NCBI GenBank assembly: GCA_964372275.1
Contig: CAYJRR010000029.1
Location: forward strand, 1-39,193
DNA: 39,193 nucleotides
Source of the DNA: an uncultured bacterium
GTDB taxonomy: Bacteria; CAYJRR01
Direction: 5' to 3'
Shown: positions 9,532 to 18,425 of the stretch, piece by piece
Numbering within the stretch: the first letter of the stretch is position 1
Layout: every line of letters starts with the position of its first letter
Notes under the pieces: generated by a model
The model's database searches: none
What the model saw: the letters and a program-made list of their open reading frames with translations, nothing else
What the model was told of the DNA's origin: nothing
Translations under genes and position numbers: made by a program

Positions 9532-12500
9532 GTGCCGCCGGAGAGTCTCCCCGAGGAGTTCGACGACTACCGGATCCTCCAGTCGCTGGGGCGCGGCCGC
9601 GGCGGCGAGGTGTTCCTGGCGTTCGACACGGTGCTCGCCCGCCACGTCGCGCTGAAGCTCCTCCTCCAGGCCGACTCCTCCGACGAATCGAAGCGGCGCC
9701 TGCTGCTGGAGGCGCGAACCGCGGCCCGGGTGCAACATCCCAACGTCGTCACCATCCACCGGGTCGGCGAGCTCGACGGCCGGGCCTACATCGTCGCCGA
9801 GTTCGTCCGCGGCGAGACGCTGCAGCAGCTGGCCAAGCCGGTCCCCTGGCGGCGGGCCCTCGAGATCGCGATTCCGCTGGCGCGAGGGCTGGCGGCCGCG
9901 CACCGGCGGGGGGTCATCCACCGCGACCTGAAGCCGGGCAACGTGATGCTCGCCGACGACGGGGGCGTGAAGCTGGTCGACTTCGGCCTGGCGGCGATGA
10001 TTCAGGGCCCGCCGCACCGCGAGCAGGCCGACGGAGGCCTGGCCCTCGGCACGCCGGACTACATGGCCCCGGAGATCTGGCGCGGGGAGCCGGCGACGCG
10101 TGCCTCCGACGTCTACGCCCTCGGCGCGATCCTGCACGAGCTCGCCACCGGAAAACCGCCGATGCACGGCGTTCCGCTTCCCGACCTGCCGCGCGCCATC
10201 CAGGAACGGGAGGTCCCCGCGCTGGCGTCGGCGGCGCCGGAGGTCGATCCGCGCTTCGCGGCGATCGTCGATCGATGCCTCCGCCGCGAGCCCCGGGACC
10301 GCTTCCGGTCGGGGGACGAACTGCGGGAGGCGCTCGAGGAGCTCGACCGGACCGCGAGCGGCGCGCCTCCACCGGTCGGAAACCCCTATCGCGGCCTGCG
10401 CCCGTTCGAGGCCGACCACCGCGCCATCTTCTTCGGACGGGGTGCCGAGGTCGGCGTGCTGGTCGACCGGCTCCGTGAGGAACCGTTGGTGCTGGTCACC
10501 GGCGACTCCGGCGCGGGCAAGTCCTCGGTCTGTCGCGCCGGCGTGCTCCCCGCGGTGGCGGACGGGGCGCTGGGAGGCGGGAGAACCTGGTCGGCGGTGA
10601 CGATCGTCCCGGGCCGCCATCCGGTGCGCGCGCTCGCCGCGGCGTTCGCGGACGGCCTGGGTCTCGCCGAAGAGGAGCTCGCGGTGGCGATCCGCTTCGG
10701 CGGCGGGGCGTTTCTGCAGCGGGTCAAACACGGGCTCGGCGAGACCAAGGGGATCGTCCTGTTCGTCGACCAGCTCGAAGAGCTGCTGACGTCGTCCGAA
10801 TCGGAGGAGGCGGCGGCGGTCGAAGAACTCCTCGCCAACATGACGGTCGGCCTGCGCGGTTTCCGCGTCCTGGCGACGTTTCGAGCCGATTTCCTGACGA
10901 AGCTCGCCCGTTCCCCGGCGCTCGGCGAGGACTTGACGCGTTTCCTCTACTTCCTGAAGCCTCTCACCCCGGAACGGATCCGCGAAGTCATCGTCGGGCC
11001 CGCCCGGGCGACCGGCGTCACGTTCGAGTCGGAGGCGCTCGTCGACGGTCTCGTCGAAGCCACCGCCCACGCCGACGGCGGCCTTCCCCTCCTTCAGTTC
11101 GCCCTCGCCGAGCTGTGGGAGGCGCGCGACCGCACCCTAGCCCTGATCACGCACGCCGCGCTCGACTCGATCGGTGGCGTCTCGGGCGCGCTGGCGCGGC
11201 ACGCCGACGACGTCCTGGCCGGGCTCGTGCCCGCGCGGAGGGCGGCGGCGCGCCGGATCCTCCTGCGCGCGGTGACCCGCGACGGAACGCGCGCGCGGCG
11301 CACGGAAGAGGAGCTGATCGACTCCGATCCCGAGGCGTCCTCGACGCTCGAGGCCCTGGTCCGCGGGCGCCTCCTGGTCGCGCACGAGGTCCCGGACGGG
11401 AGCGTGTACGAAATCGCGCACGAGGTCCTGCTCTCGGGTTGGACGACGCTCAAGGGCTGGATCCGCGACGACGCCGACGGTCGCCTGGTGCGCGAGCGCG
11501 TGGGGGCCGCCGCCTCCGAATGGGCGCGTCTCGGTCGGACGGCCGACGCTCTGTGGAGCGCGCGCCAACTGGAGGAACTGGTCAAGATCCACGGCGGCGA
11601 ACTCACGGAGGCCGAGCGCGCCTTCGTCGCCGCCTCCCGGTTCCAGGTCGCGCGGCAGCGATGGCTCACGCGCGCCCTTTACGGCGGCGTCGTGGCGCTC
11701 CTGGCGGTCGCCTACCTCTCCTTCTCGCTCGTCACCCAGGCCCGCATCGCGCGACGCGTCGACGCGATGCGGAAAGAGGCCGGCGACGTGCTGAGCCTGG
11801 CCCGCCAGGAGGCGCTTCGCGCCGACGATCTCCGCGCCAAGGCCCGATCGCTGTTCGAGGAGGGGCGCCTCGGAGCGGCGGAGCCGATCTGGGCCACGGC
11901 GTTGTCGGCCGGCGCCGACGCCGAACGGATCTACGCGCGGGCGACGCTCGCGTTCGAAGCCGCCCTGGCGCTCGATTCCGGCCGAGCGGACGTGCGGGAT
12001 CTGTTGGGCGATGCGCTGGCCGAGCGCGCGCTGTTTGCCGAACGGGAGCGCCGCTTCGATCGCGAAGCGGAGCTCACCGACCGCCTCGCCCTCTACGACC
12101 TCTCCGGCGACCGCCGGCGGCGGTACGCGCAGCCCGGCCGAATCTCCGTCGAGACCGATCCCCCCGGGGCGCGGATCACGCTCGAGCGGTACGAAGAGGG
12201 CCCGGACGGTGCGCGGACGCCGCTTCCGTATCGCGACGCCCTGGTCTCTCCGGTCCCCTCGCTCGAGCTCCCGCCCGCCTCCTACCTGCTGACGATGACG
12301 GCCGCCGGGCGCGCGCCGGTCCGGCTCCCGTTCCTGCTCGAGCGCGGCGACTCGAGGACGATCCAGGTTCCGCTTCCGCCGGCGTCGTCGGTGCCGAACG
12401 GCTACGTTCACGTGCCGGCGGGGAGATTCCTCTTCGGCAGCGGGGGGGACGACGAGTCGCGGCGGGTCTTCTTCCAGACCGTGCCGATCGCCACCCGCCG

Positions 12501-13248
12501 TACCGGACCGTTCCTGATCGCCCGTTCCGAGGTGACCTTCGGGGATTGGATCGACTTTCTCGACGCGCTCCCGGCCGCCGAGCGCGCGCGTCACGTCCCC
12601 GGGGTGTTCACCCGCCTGGAGGAGACCCACGGCCTGACGCTCGACCGGACGGCCGCAGGCCGGTGGCGACTGACGGTGCTGCAGGAGAAGAAGAGCATCC
12701 AGGCCACGCTCGGCGAAAAGATCCGCTACACCTCGCGCCCGCATCGCTCGCTGCAGGACTGGCGGAAGATGCCGGTGACCGCGATCTCCGCGGTCGACGC
12801 CGACGCGTACGTCCGCTGGCTCGATCGCACCGGGCGATTGCCCGGAGCCCGTCTGTGCAACGAGCTGGAATGGGAACGTGCGGCGCGGGGCGCCGACGAC
12901 CGCGAATTCCCGCACGGGCGCCGGCTCCAAGCCGACGACGCGAACTTCGACGAGACCTACGGAAAGAACCCGCGCTCGATGGGACCGGACGAGGTCGGAT
13001 CGCGGCCGCGATCGGAAAGCCCGTTCGGCCTGTTCGACATGTCCGGCAACGCCTGGGAGTGGACGACCTCGGCGTTCGCCGCCGGCACCTACGTGCTTCG
13101 CGGCGGCAGCTTCTTCCACGACCGGAAGACGGCGCAGGTGATCAATCGGTCCGAATCGGTCGCCACCCTCCGCCACCCGACGGTCGGCCTGCGAGTCTGC
13201 GCCGATCCCGCCGGCCGGCCGGCGGCCGGGGCCCTTCGGCCCCGCTGA
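9532..13248 (+). CDS. Membrane Ser/Thr protein kinase - STAND-type P-loop NTPase - TM - PEGA-like - FGE-sulfatase (CLec) domain protein
   Basis: Kinase motifs LGRGRGG, VALK, HRDLKPGN, DFG, GTPDYMAPE. NPYRGLRPF..FFGR, Walker A GDSGAGKSS, Walker B LFVDQLEE, GGLPLLQFAL. TM segment ALYGGVVALLAVAYLSFSLV. VETDPPGA. FGE motifs EWERAARG, SPFGLFDMSGNAWEW, RGGSF, GLRVC. Confidence 0.9.
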   Translation: MPPESLPEEFDDYRILQSLGRGRGGEVFLAFDTVLARHVALKLLLQADSSDESKRRLLLEARTAARVQHPNVVTIHRVGELDGRAYIVAEFVRGETLQQLAKPVPWRRALEIAIPLARGLAAAHRRGVIHRDLKPGNVMLADDGGVKLVDFGLAAMIQGPPHREQADGGLALGTPDYMAPEIWRGEPATRASDVYALGAILHELATGKPPMHGVPLPDLPRAIQEREVPALASAAPEVDPRFAAIVDRCLRREPRDRFRSGDELREALEELDRTASGAPPPVGNPYRGLRPFEADHRAIFFGRGAEVGVLVDRLREEPLVLVTGDSGAGKSSVCRAGVLPAVADGALGGGRTWSAVTIVPGRHPVRALAAAFADGLGLAEEELAVAIRFGGGAFLQRVKHGLGETKGIVLFVDQLEELLTSSESEEAAAVEELLANMTVGLRGFRVLATFRADFLTKLARSPALGEDLTRFLYFLKPLTPERIREVIVGPARATGVTFESEALVDGLVEATAHADGGLPLLQFALAELWEARDRTLALITHAALDSIGGVSGALARHADDVLAGLVPARRAAARRILLRAVTRDGTRARRTEEELIDSDPEASSTLEALVRGRLLVAHEVPDGSVYEIAHEVLLSGWTTLKGWIRDDADGRLVRERVGAAASEWARLGRTADALWSARQLEELVKIHGGELTEAERAFVAASRFQVARQRWLTRALYGGVVALLAVAYLSFSLVTQARIARRVDAMRKEAGDVLSLARQEALRADDLRAKARSLFEEGRLGAAEPIWATALSAGADAERIYARATLAFEAALALDSGRADVRDLLGDALAERALFAERERRFDREAELTDRLALYDLSGDRRRRYAQPGRISVETDPPGARITLERYEEGPDGARTPLPYRDALVSPVPSLELPPASYLLTMTAAGRAPVRLPFLLERGDSRTIQVPLPPASSVPNGYVHVPAGRFLFGSGGDDESRRVFFQTVPIATRRTGPFLIARSEVTFGDWIDFLDALPAAERARHVPGVFTRLEETHGLTLDRTAAGRWRLTVLQEKKSIQATLGEKIRYTSRPHRSLQDWRKMPVTAISAVDADAYVRWLDRTGRLPGARLCNELEWERAARGADDREFPHGRRLQADDANFDETYGKNPRSMGPDEVGSRPRSESPFGLFDMSGNAWEWTTSAFAAGTYVLRGGSFFHDRKTAQVINRSESVATLRHPTVGLRVCADPAGRPAAGALRPR

Positions 13249-13352
13249 TCGCGTACGCGCCCGATCGGCGCCAGAGTCTCAAGTCTATGTAGTTTAACGG
13301 TAGTTCCGTTCGTTTTTAGACGAGACATGATGTCGCGTTGTGATAAAGCGTA

Positions 13353-13368
13353 CGTGATAGTGTTCACA
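13353..13368. promoter_or_regulatory. CRP-family binding site candidate in an AT-rich intergenic region
   Basis: CGTGA-TAGTGT-TCACA, one mismatch from TGTGA-N6-TCACA; further TGTGA half-sites at 13339, 13399 and 13428. Confidence 0.55.
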
Positions 13369-13470
13369 TAAGTTTCATGAATTCTTACGGTTATCATGTG
13401 TGACAGATTAGACGTCCCCTCGTAGACTGTGATTGGACTCCGTGGCGGTGCGCACGGGAGGGGGGCGACG

Positions 13471-14556
13471 ATGAGCCATCGAGCGGTTCGCCGATTGACG
13501 GTCTCGGCGCTGATCGGGGTCGGAGCGTGCGGGTCTCCGACGCGGGACGAGCCGGTCACCCTCATCAAGAACGCCGGCTACTCATACAGCTACGGGTACG
13601 GCAAGACGTCCGGTTCCGGCTACAGCGGTCCCGGCACCAGCCTCAACGGGACGAGCCTGAACGGAACGAGCCTGAACGGCTCCAGTCTCAACGGCACGAG
13701 TCTGAACGGCACCAGCCTGAACGGCGTGAGCCTGAACGGGTCCAGCCTCAACGGGAGCAGCCTCAACGACGTCAGCCTGAACGGGTCCAGCCTCAACGGA
13801 TCGAGCCTGAACGGCTCGAGCCTCAATGGCTCCAGCTTGAACGGCTCCAGTCTCAACGGAACGAGCTTGAACGGGACGTCGCTCAACGGCTCGAGCCTCA
13901 ACGGCACCGATTTCATCGGCGCCCTGTTCCCCGCCGAGCTGTCCAACGGAATGACCACCACCCTGCGCATCGACGACATGCGCGCCGAGGACGAAATCTG
14001 GTACTACACCGTCTCGGTCGCCGTCGACGGCGGCTGGGCTCTGCTGTGTGGCGCCGACGAGACCGGCGCGGCGGTCGAGGCGATCCCCTTCGAGGGGGTG
14101 TGGAACAACGGCGACGGCGTTCCCGGCGGCGGATCCAAGACTCGCGATGCGTCGCGCATCACGTTCGGTTGCCGTCCCGCGACGCTCGCCAAGTGCGCCG
14201 AGCTCGGATACCGGCCGTGGATCGACGCCGGACTCGAATCCCTGCACCAGACGTGCACACGCGCCCTGCGCGCCGACTACTGCGGGGACGGTCACCCGTG
14301 GACGTTCGACGGTCGCTTCATCAACATCTACGACCTGGCGGGCGTCCAGGCCGACACCGAGAACTGGGTGACAGAGGCCGAGTGGGACGAGGACGGCGCC
14401 GCCTGCATCACCAAACGGGTGAAGACGCACATCGATCGGCCCGGCTGCTACGAAGCGAAGCTCGACAACGAATGCGGGAAGAAGAAGTCGGACGACTGGG
14501 CGATCCGTACCGAGCGCGATCCCGGGGACGGCTTCTACTACGGGAAGAACAAGTAG
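13471..14556 (+). CDS. ADYC-domain lipoprotein with pentapeptide repeats
   Basis: ATG at 13471 after GGGAGG; lipoprotein-like signal LIGVGAC; 18 xSLNG repeats; Cys-rich C-terminal domain with AKCAELGYRPW, CTRALRADYCGDG and EAEWDEDGAAC. Confidence 0.85.
   Translation: MSHRAVRRLTVSALIGVGACGSPTRDEPVTLIKNAGYSYSYGYGKTSGSGYSGPGTSLNGTSLNGTSLNGSSLNGTSLNGTSLNGVSLNGSSLNGSSLNDVSLNGSSLNGSSLNGSSLNGSSLNGSSLNGTSLNGTSLNGSSLNGTDFIGALFPAELSNGMTTTLRIDDMRAEDEIWYYTVSVAVDGGWALLCGADETGAAVEAIPFEGVWNNGDGVPGGGSKTRDASRITFGCRPATLAKCAELGYRPWIDAGLESLHQTCTRALRADYCGDGHPWTFDGRFINIYDLAGVQADTENWVTEAEWDEDGAACITKRVKTHIDRPGCYEAKLDNECGKKKSDDWAIRTERDPGDGFYYGKNK
13636..13905 (+). repeat. 18 x 15-bp coding tandem repeat encoding [T/S/V]SLN[G/D]
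   Basis: Counted directly from the translation; the units vary at synonymous positions. Confidence 0.95.
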
Positions 14557-14560
14557 GACG

Positions 14561-16273
14561 ATGTCGTCGATGAGCGCCGCGCTGTACTACGACGACGCGC
14601 GCTCGACGACGCAACGGTTCGTCCTCTCCGCCGACCGAGTGTCGATCGGCCGACATCCGAGCAACGACCTGGTCTTTCCGACCGGGGTCTCCGGGAAACA
14701 CTGCCTGCTGGAGCGGCGCCGGGGCGCGTGGGCGGTGGTCGACCTCGGATCGGACAACGGGACGTTCGTCAACGACGAGCGGGTCGAAGGGATCCACCCG
14801 CTCGAATTCGGCGACCAGCTCCGCATCGGCGAGGTCCATGCCCGCTTCGTGGAGGAGGATCCGGAGGCGGCCGCCACCTTCTCGGGCGCGCCGATCGTCC
14901 CCAAGAGCCTCTTTCCCCCGATCACCGGAGACGAGGCGCCGCTCGGGCCCTCGCCGATCGCGACGAGCCTGCGCGAGATCGAGGACTCGCTGGCGGAGGT
15001 GGCCGCCTTCCTGCGGTCGCTCCCAGAGTCGGCACGCGCGCCGCACGGGGCCCTCCGCCGGGCGCTCACCCGGGCCGGCCAGGTCTCGACCTCCATCGAC
15101 CAGATCGAGCGCAACCAGGTCCTGGCGCAGACGCTGGCCGAGGTCGGCAAGCTGATGCACCTGCTGGCCGGACTCGACAACATCCTCGGCGTCACGCTCG
15201 ACCTCGCGGTCCGCGCCCTGGGCGCCGACCGCGGCTTCATCCTCTTCGGAGGCGACGACGAGACACTCGAGGTCAAGGTCTCGCGGAACATGGGGGATCC
15301 CCGCGGCATCAGCCGCACCATCGCCGAGATGGTGGTCGCGACCGGGAAGCCGGTCGTCACCTCCAACGCGCAGCTCGACCCGCGCTACAGCCGCACCGAA
15401 TCGGTCAACCTCCACGCCGTCCGCGCGGTGATGTGCGTGCCGCTGCGGGCCCGCGATACCAAGCCGATCGGCGCCATCTACGTCGACGGCAACACCGCCA
15501 CCCGTCTCTTCAACACCGAAGGGATCAGCTTCCTGAGCGTCTTCGCCAGCCACGCCGCGAACGCGGTCGAGGCGGCCCAGATCAAGGAGAAGAGCGAGCT
15601 GGAGGAGGCGCGACGCAAGCGCTTGAGTCGCTACTTCTCGGAGTCGGTGATCTCGCACATCATCGACGGAAACCCGGAGGAGGCGCTGCGGCGCGAGGCG
15701 CGCGTCGTCACGCTGCTGTTCACCGACATCCGCGGGTTCACCTCGCTCTTGGAGCGTCTCTCGCCGGCCGAAGCGGTGGAGATGCTCAACGACTACTACT
15801 CCGAGATCGTCGAGGAGTTGCAGGCCGAGGAGGGGACGCTCGACAAGTTCACCGGCGACGGCCTGATGGCGTTCTGGGGGGCCCCGAAGGAGCAGGCCGA
15901 CCACGCGCTCCGCGCCGTCCGCGCCGCGCTCAAGATGCAGGCGCGCGTCCCGGCGCTGGTCGCGCGCTGGAAGCGAGAAGGACGGAGCTTCGCCCGCGAG
16001 CTCGACAGCCTCCCGACCGGGATCGGGATCAACACCGGCGAAGCGGTCATCGGCGACATCGGCAGCCCGAAGCGGCTCGAGTACACCGCGATCGGCGACG
16101 CCGTGAACCTGACCGCGCGCGTCCAGGGCCAGGCGAAGGGCGGCGAGGTGCTGATCACCGGATCGACGCTGGAGATCATCCGCGATCGGGTACGTGTCGA
16201 GGCGCTCCCGCCGGTGCAGGTCAAAGGCAAGAGCGCGCCGGTACCGCTCTTCCGCGTCCTTGACGTCCTCTGA
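14561..16273 (+). CDS. FHA-GAF-class III adenylate cyclase
   Basis: FHA motifs IGR, VSGKH, DLGSDNGT; GAF domain (VMCVPL..IGAIYVD); cyclase motifs LFTDIRGFT, DKFTGDG, EYTAIGDAVNLTAR. The Lys/Thr specificity residues point to ATP. Starts 4 nt after the ADYC stop. Confidence 0.92.
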   Translation: MSSMSAALYYDDARSTTQRFVLSADRVSIGRHPSNDLVFPTGVSGKHCLLERRRGAWAVVDLGSDNGTFVNDERVEGIHPLEFGDQLRIGEVHARFVEEDPEAAATFSGAPIVPKSLFPPITGDEAPLGPSPIATSLREIEDSLAEVAAFLRSLPESARAPHGALRRALTRAGQVSTSIDQIERNQVLAQTLAEVGKLMHLLAGLDNILGVTLDLAVRALGADRGFILFGGDDETLEVKVSRNMGDPRGISRTIAEMVVATGKPVVTSNAQLDPRYSRTESVNLHAVRAVMCVPLRARDTKPIGAIYVDGNTATRLFNTEGISFLSVFASHAANAVEAAQIKEKSELEEARRKRLSRYFSESVISHIIDGNPEEALRREARVVTLLFTDIRGFTSLLERLSPAEAVEMLNDYYSEIVEELQAEEGTLDKFTGDGLMAFWGAPKEQADHALRAVRAALKMQARVPALVARWKREGRSFARELDSLPTGIGINTGEAVIGDIGSPKRLEYTAIGDAVNLTARVQGQAKGGEVLITGSTLEIIRDRVRVEALPPVQVKGKSAPVPLFRVLDVL

Positions 16274-16288
16274 CGATCCGCCGCGGGA

Positions 16289-17803
16289 TCAGCCGGCGGC
16301 CTTGATCACGCGGTTGCGCCCGTCGGCCTTCGCCTTGTAGAGCGCCTCGTCCGCCTTCTTGATCAGCGCCTCGGCGCTGTTGGCGCAACCCGGTCCGGTG
16401 ATGTTGGCGACGCCGAAGCTGGCGGTCACGTGGAAGCTCCCCTGCGGCCCCTGGAACGGCTTCTGCTCCACCGAGACCCGGATCCGTTCCGCGACGATCA
16501 TCGCCCCGTCCAGGTTGGTGTCCGGCAGGACGAGGCAGAACTCCTCCCCGCCGTAGCGGCCGGCGAGGTCGCCGCCGCGGATCGAGGCGATCAACACCTC
16601 CGCGACTCCGCGCAGAACGGCATCGCCGGTCTGGTGCCCCTTGGTGTCGTTGATCGACTTGAAGTGGTCGATGTCGATCATCACCAGGCTCAACGTCGTC
16701 CGCGCGCGATCGGCGCGCGAAAGGTCCTTGGCGAGCGCCGCGGCGAAGGCCCGGCGGTTGTAGAGGCCGGTCAGACCGTCGGTCATCGCCAGCCGCCGCA
16801 GGTCCTGGTTGGCCTTCTCCAGGCTCTGCGCCAAGGCGTCTTTCTCGGCGACGATCTTCTCCAGGGTGTGGATCAGCCCCTGGTAGCTCTTGTTCAACTC
16901 GGCAAGGCTGGAGGTCGCCTCTTTCATCAGCAGGTCGATGTCCTGCTGCGGCATCTCGCGCTGGAAGGCGACCGCGGCCTCCTCGACCTTCTTGGGAAGC
17001 TCCTTGATCAGCCCCTTGGCGGCCTCCTCCTTGATTCCGACCTTCGCCAGCGCCTGCACCGCGTCCTGATGGTTCTGGATCAGGTCCCCGCCTTCGTAGA
17101 CGGCGGCGACCCGCTCGGAGATCCAGCAGACGAGCGCCTTCCGCTCGGGAGGGGGCTCCGGATGGTGGTGGTTGGCGATGGCATCGACCACCTCCTCCGG
17201 CAGGCGCCATTCCCGGGCGAAACGCGAGCCACGTTCCGGATGGTCCTCCTCCCCCGCCGCGCGCTCCTGCACCGTGCGCGACGTCGCGGGGGCGCTCGCC
17301 ACCGCGACCGCGCCGGCGAGGTCGGTCCGCGCACGCAGCAGGAGGCCGAACTCGAGCAAGAGCCCCGCGCTGAAGAACTCGTCGACCTTCCGCTCCCCGA
17401 TCGCTTCGGCGATCGTCCGCGCGGTGACGGCGCGCCGCAGGCAGACGCCGAGCAACGAGTCCCCCGAGCCCCCCAGCGGCGCCATGTCGAACACCAGCAG
17501 GCCGAGCGCGATGTTCTTGAGCTCCTTCAAGCCCAGCAGCCCGGCGGCGTGCTTCATGTCGGTGATCTTCCGGCCGAAGCCGTAGGCCGCGCTGTTGACC
17601 ACCGAGAGGACGCGCAACACGAACGCAGGGTCGTTTTCGGCGATCTTCCCGAGGTCGGCGACGCTCGCGTCGGGCTTCAGCGCCGCCTGGACGATCTGCA
17701 TCGCCAGCGTCGAGACCGGGACGTCGACCGGCTTGACCGGGACGGCCACCTTCGTCGCGGTTGCCCCTTGCGTCACGGGGCGCGCTTCCGACCCTTGCGC
17801 CAC
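16289..17803 (-). CDS. HDOD-domain diguanylate cyclase
   Basis: HDOD (DPAFVLRVLSVVNSAAYG, WRLPEEVVDAIANHH), coiled coil, TDGLTGLYNRR, DIDHFKSIND..GH..GD, I-site RGGD and active site GGEEF. Confidence 0.92.
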   Translation of the reverse strand: MAQGSEARPVTQGATATKVAVPVKPVDVPVSTLAMQIVQAALKPDASVADLGKIAENDPAFVLRVLSVVNSAAYGFGRKITDMKHAAGLLGLKELKNIALGLLVFDMAPLGGSGDSLLGVCLRRAVTARTIAEAIGERKVDEFFSAGLLLEFGLLLRARTDLAGAVAVASAPATSRTVQERAAGEEDHPERGSRFAREWRLPEEVVDAIANHHHPEPPPERKALVCWISERVAAVYEGGDLIQNHQDAVQALAKVGIKEEAAKGLIKELPKKVEEAAVAFQREMPQQDIDLLMKEATSSLAELNKSYQGLIHTLEKIVAEKDALAQSLEKANQDLRRLAMTDGLTGLYNRRAFAAALAKDLSRADRARTTLSLVMIDIDHFKSINDTKGHQTGDAVLRGVAEVLIASIRGGDLAGRYGGEEFCLVLPDTNLDGAMIVAERIRVSVEQKPFQGPQGSFHVTASFGVANITGPGCANSAEALIKKADEALYKAKADGRNRVIKAAG

Positions 17804-17858
17804 GGTCGTAGCGTATCACCGAGCGTGCGCGTTTGCCGCGACGCCGACCTTCCCTCCG

Positions 17859-17874
17859 TGGCACAGCCTTCGCT
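17859..17874 (+). promoter_or_regulatory. sigma54 (-24/-12) promoter candidate for gltF-gltG
   Basis: TGGCACAGCCTTCGCT has GG-N10-GC spacing, about 60 nt upstream of the gltF ATG. Confidence 0.55.
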
Positions 17875-17932
17875 TGGCAACCGGTCGGTTCTATGGTCGA
17901 ATCGACCACCTCCCTCACGGAGAAACCGACGG

Positions 17933-18229
17933 ATGAACACGAGACTTCTGCTCACCCTCGCCACCGCCGCCTCGATCTTCGCCGCCCCCTCCTTCGCCGC
18001 CGACGAGTCGACGACGGCGGGCGAGGTGCAGGAGATCGACGGCAAGAAAGTCCGCGTCGTCTATAAGAAAAAAGAGGAGATCAACTTCGACGACGTGCTG
18101 ATCCAGGGGGAGCTCAAGAAGCCCCAAGGGGCCTACCTGCTCAACCGGAAAAAGAGCGACTTTTCGGACATGATCGAGGAGCGGTCGAACTTCAAGAAGG
18201 AACTGTACGAGTCGCTGGACGAGATCTGA
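17933..18229 (+). CDS. gltF: GltF/CglF-like small exported gliding protein
   Basis: ATG at 17933 after GGAG; signal peptide (APSFA|A); VVYKKKEEINFDDVLIQGELKKPQGAY..F..MI..R.NF motif; directly upstream of gltG. Appears only as the tail of a spurious longer ORF in the track. Confidence 0.85.
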   Translation: MNTRLLLTLATAASIFAAPSFAADESTTAGEVQEIDGKKVRVVYKKKEEINFDDVLIQGELKKPQGAYLLNRKKSDFSDMIEERSNFKKELYESLDEI

Positions 18230-18425
18230 GTCCGAGCCAAAACGGGGTTCGGTGCGCCAACTCGGCACGAAACCGGGACAATCGGCGGCCGAAGGCCACC
18301 GCTGGTCGCGTCGCCCCCACCCCCCCCGTCGGGGCGTCGCTCCCCAACGGGTTACCCCGGAGCCCCCTGGTGCGTTGAAGCCCTAGAACGGATCCCCCGA
18401 CGGTATCGCCGAAGGAGCTCGTGCT

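Noticed and set aside
13050-13248. FGE/CLec C-terminus as a possible diversity-generating retroelement variable region
   Set aside because: No template repeat differing at adenines and no reverse transcriptase is visible in the window.
13636-13905. 15-bp periodic array as a CRISPR or non-coding repeat
   Set aside because: No spacers; it is in frame within a protein and varies at synonymous positions.
9446-18238. 11-bp direct repeat GAGTCCGAGCC after gltE (9446) and at the gltF stop (18228) as a target-site duplication of the signalling block
   Set aside because: It would enclose gltF rather than just the insert, and an 11-bp GC-rich match can arise by chance; no integrase or transposase is associated with it.
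18230-18425. GC-rich gltF-gltG intergenic region as a riboswitch (e.g. c-di-GMP)
   Set aside because: The conserved c-di-GMP riboswitch motifs could not be matched by eye; an Infernal/Rfam scan would be needed.
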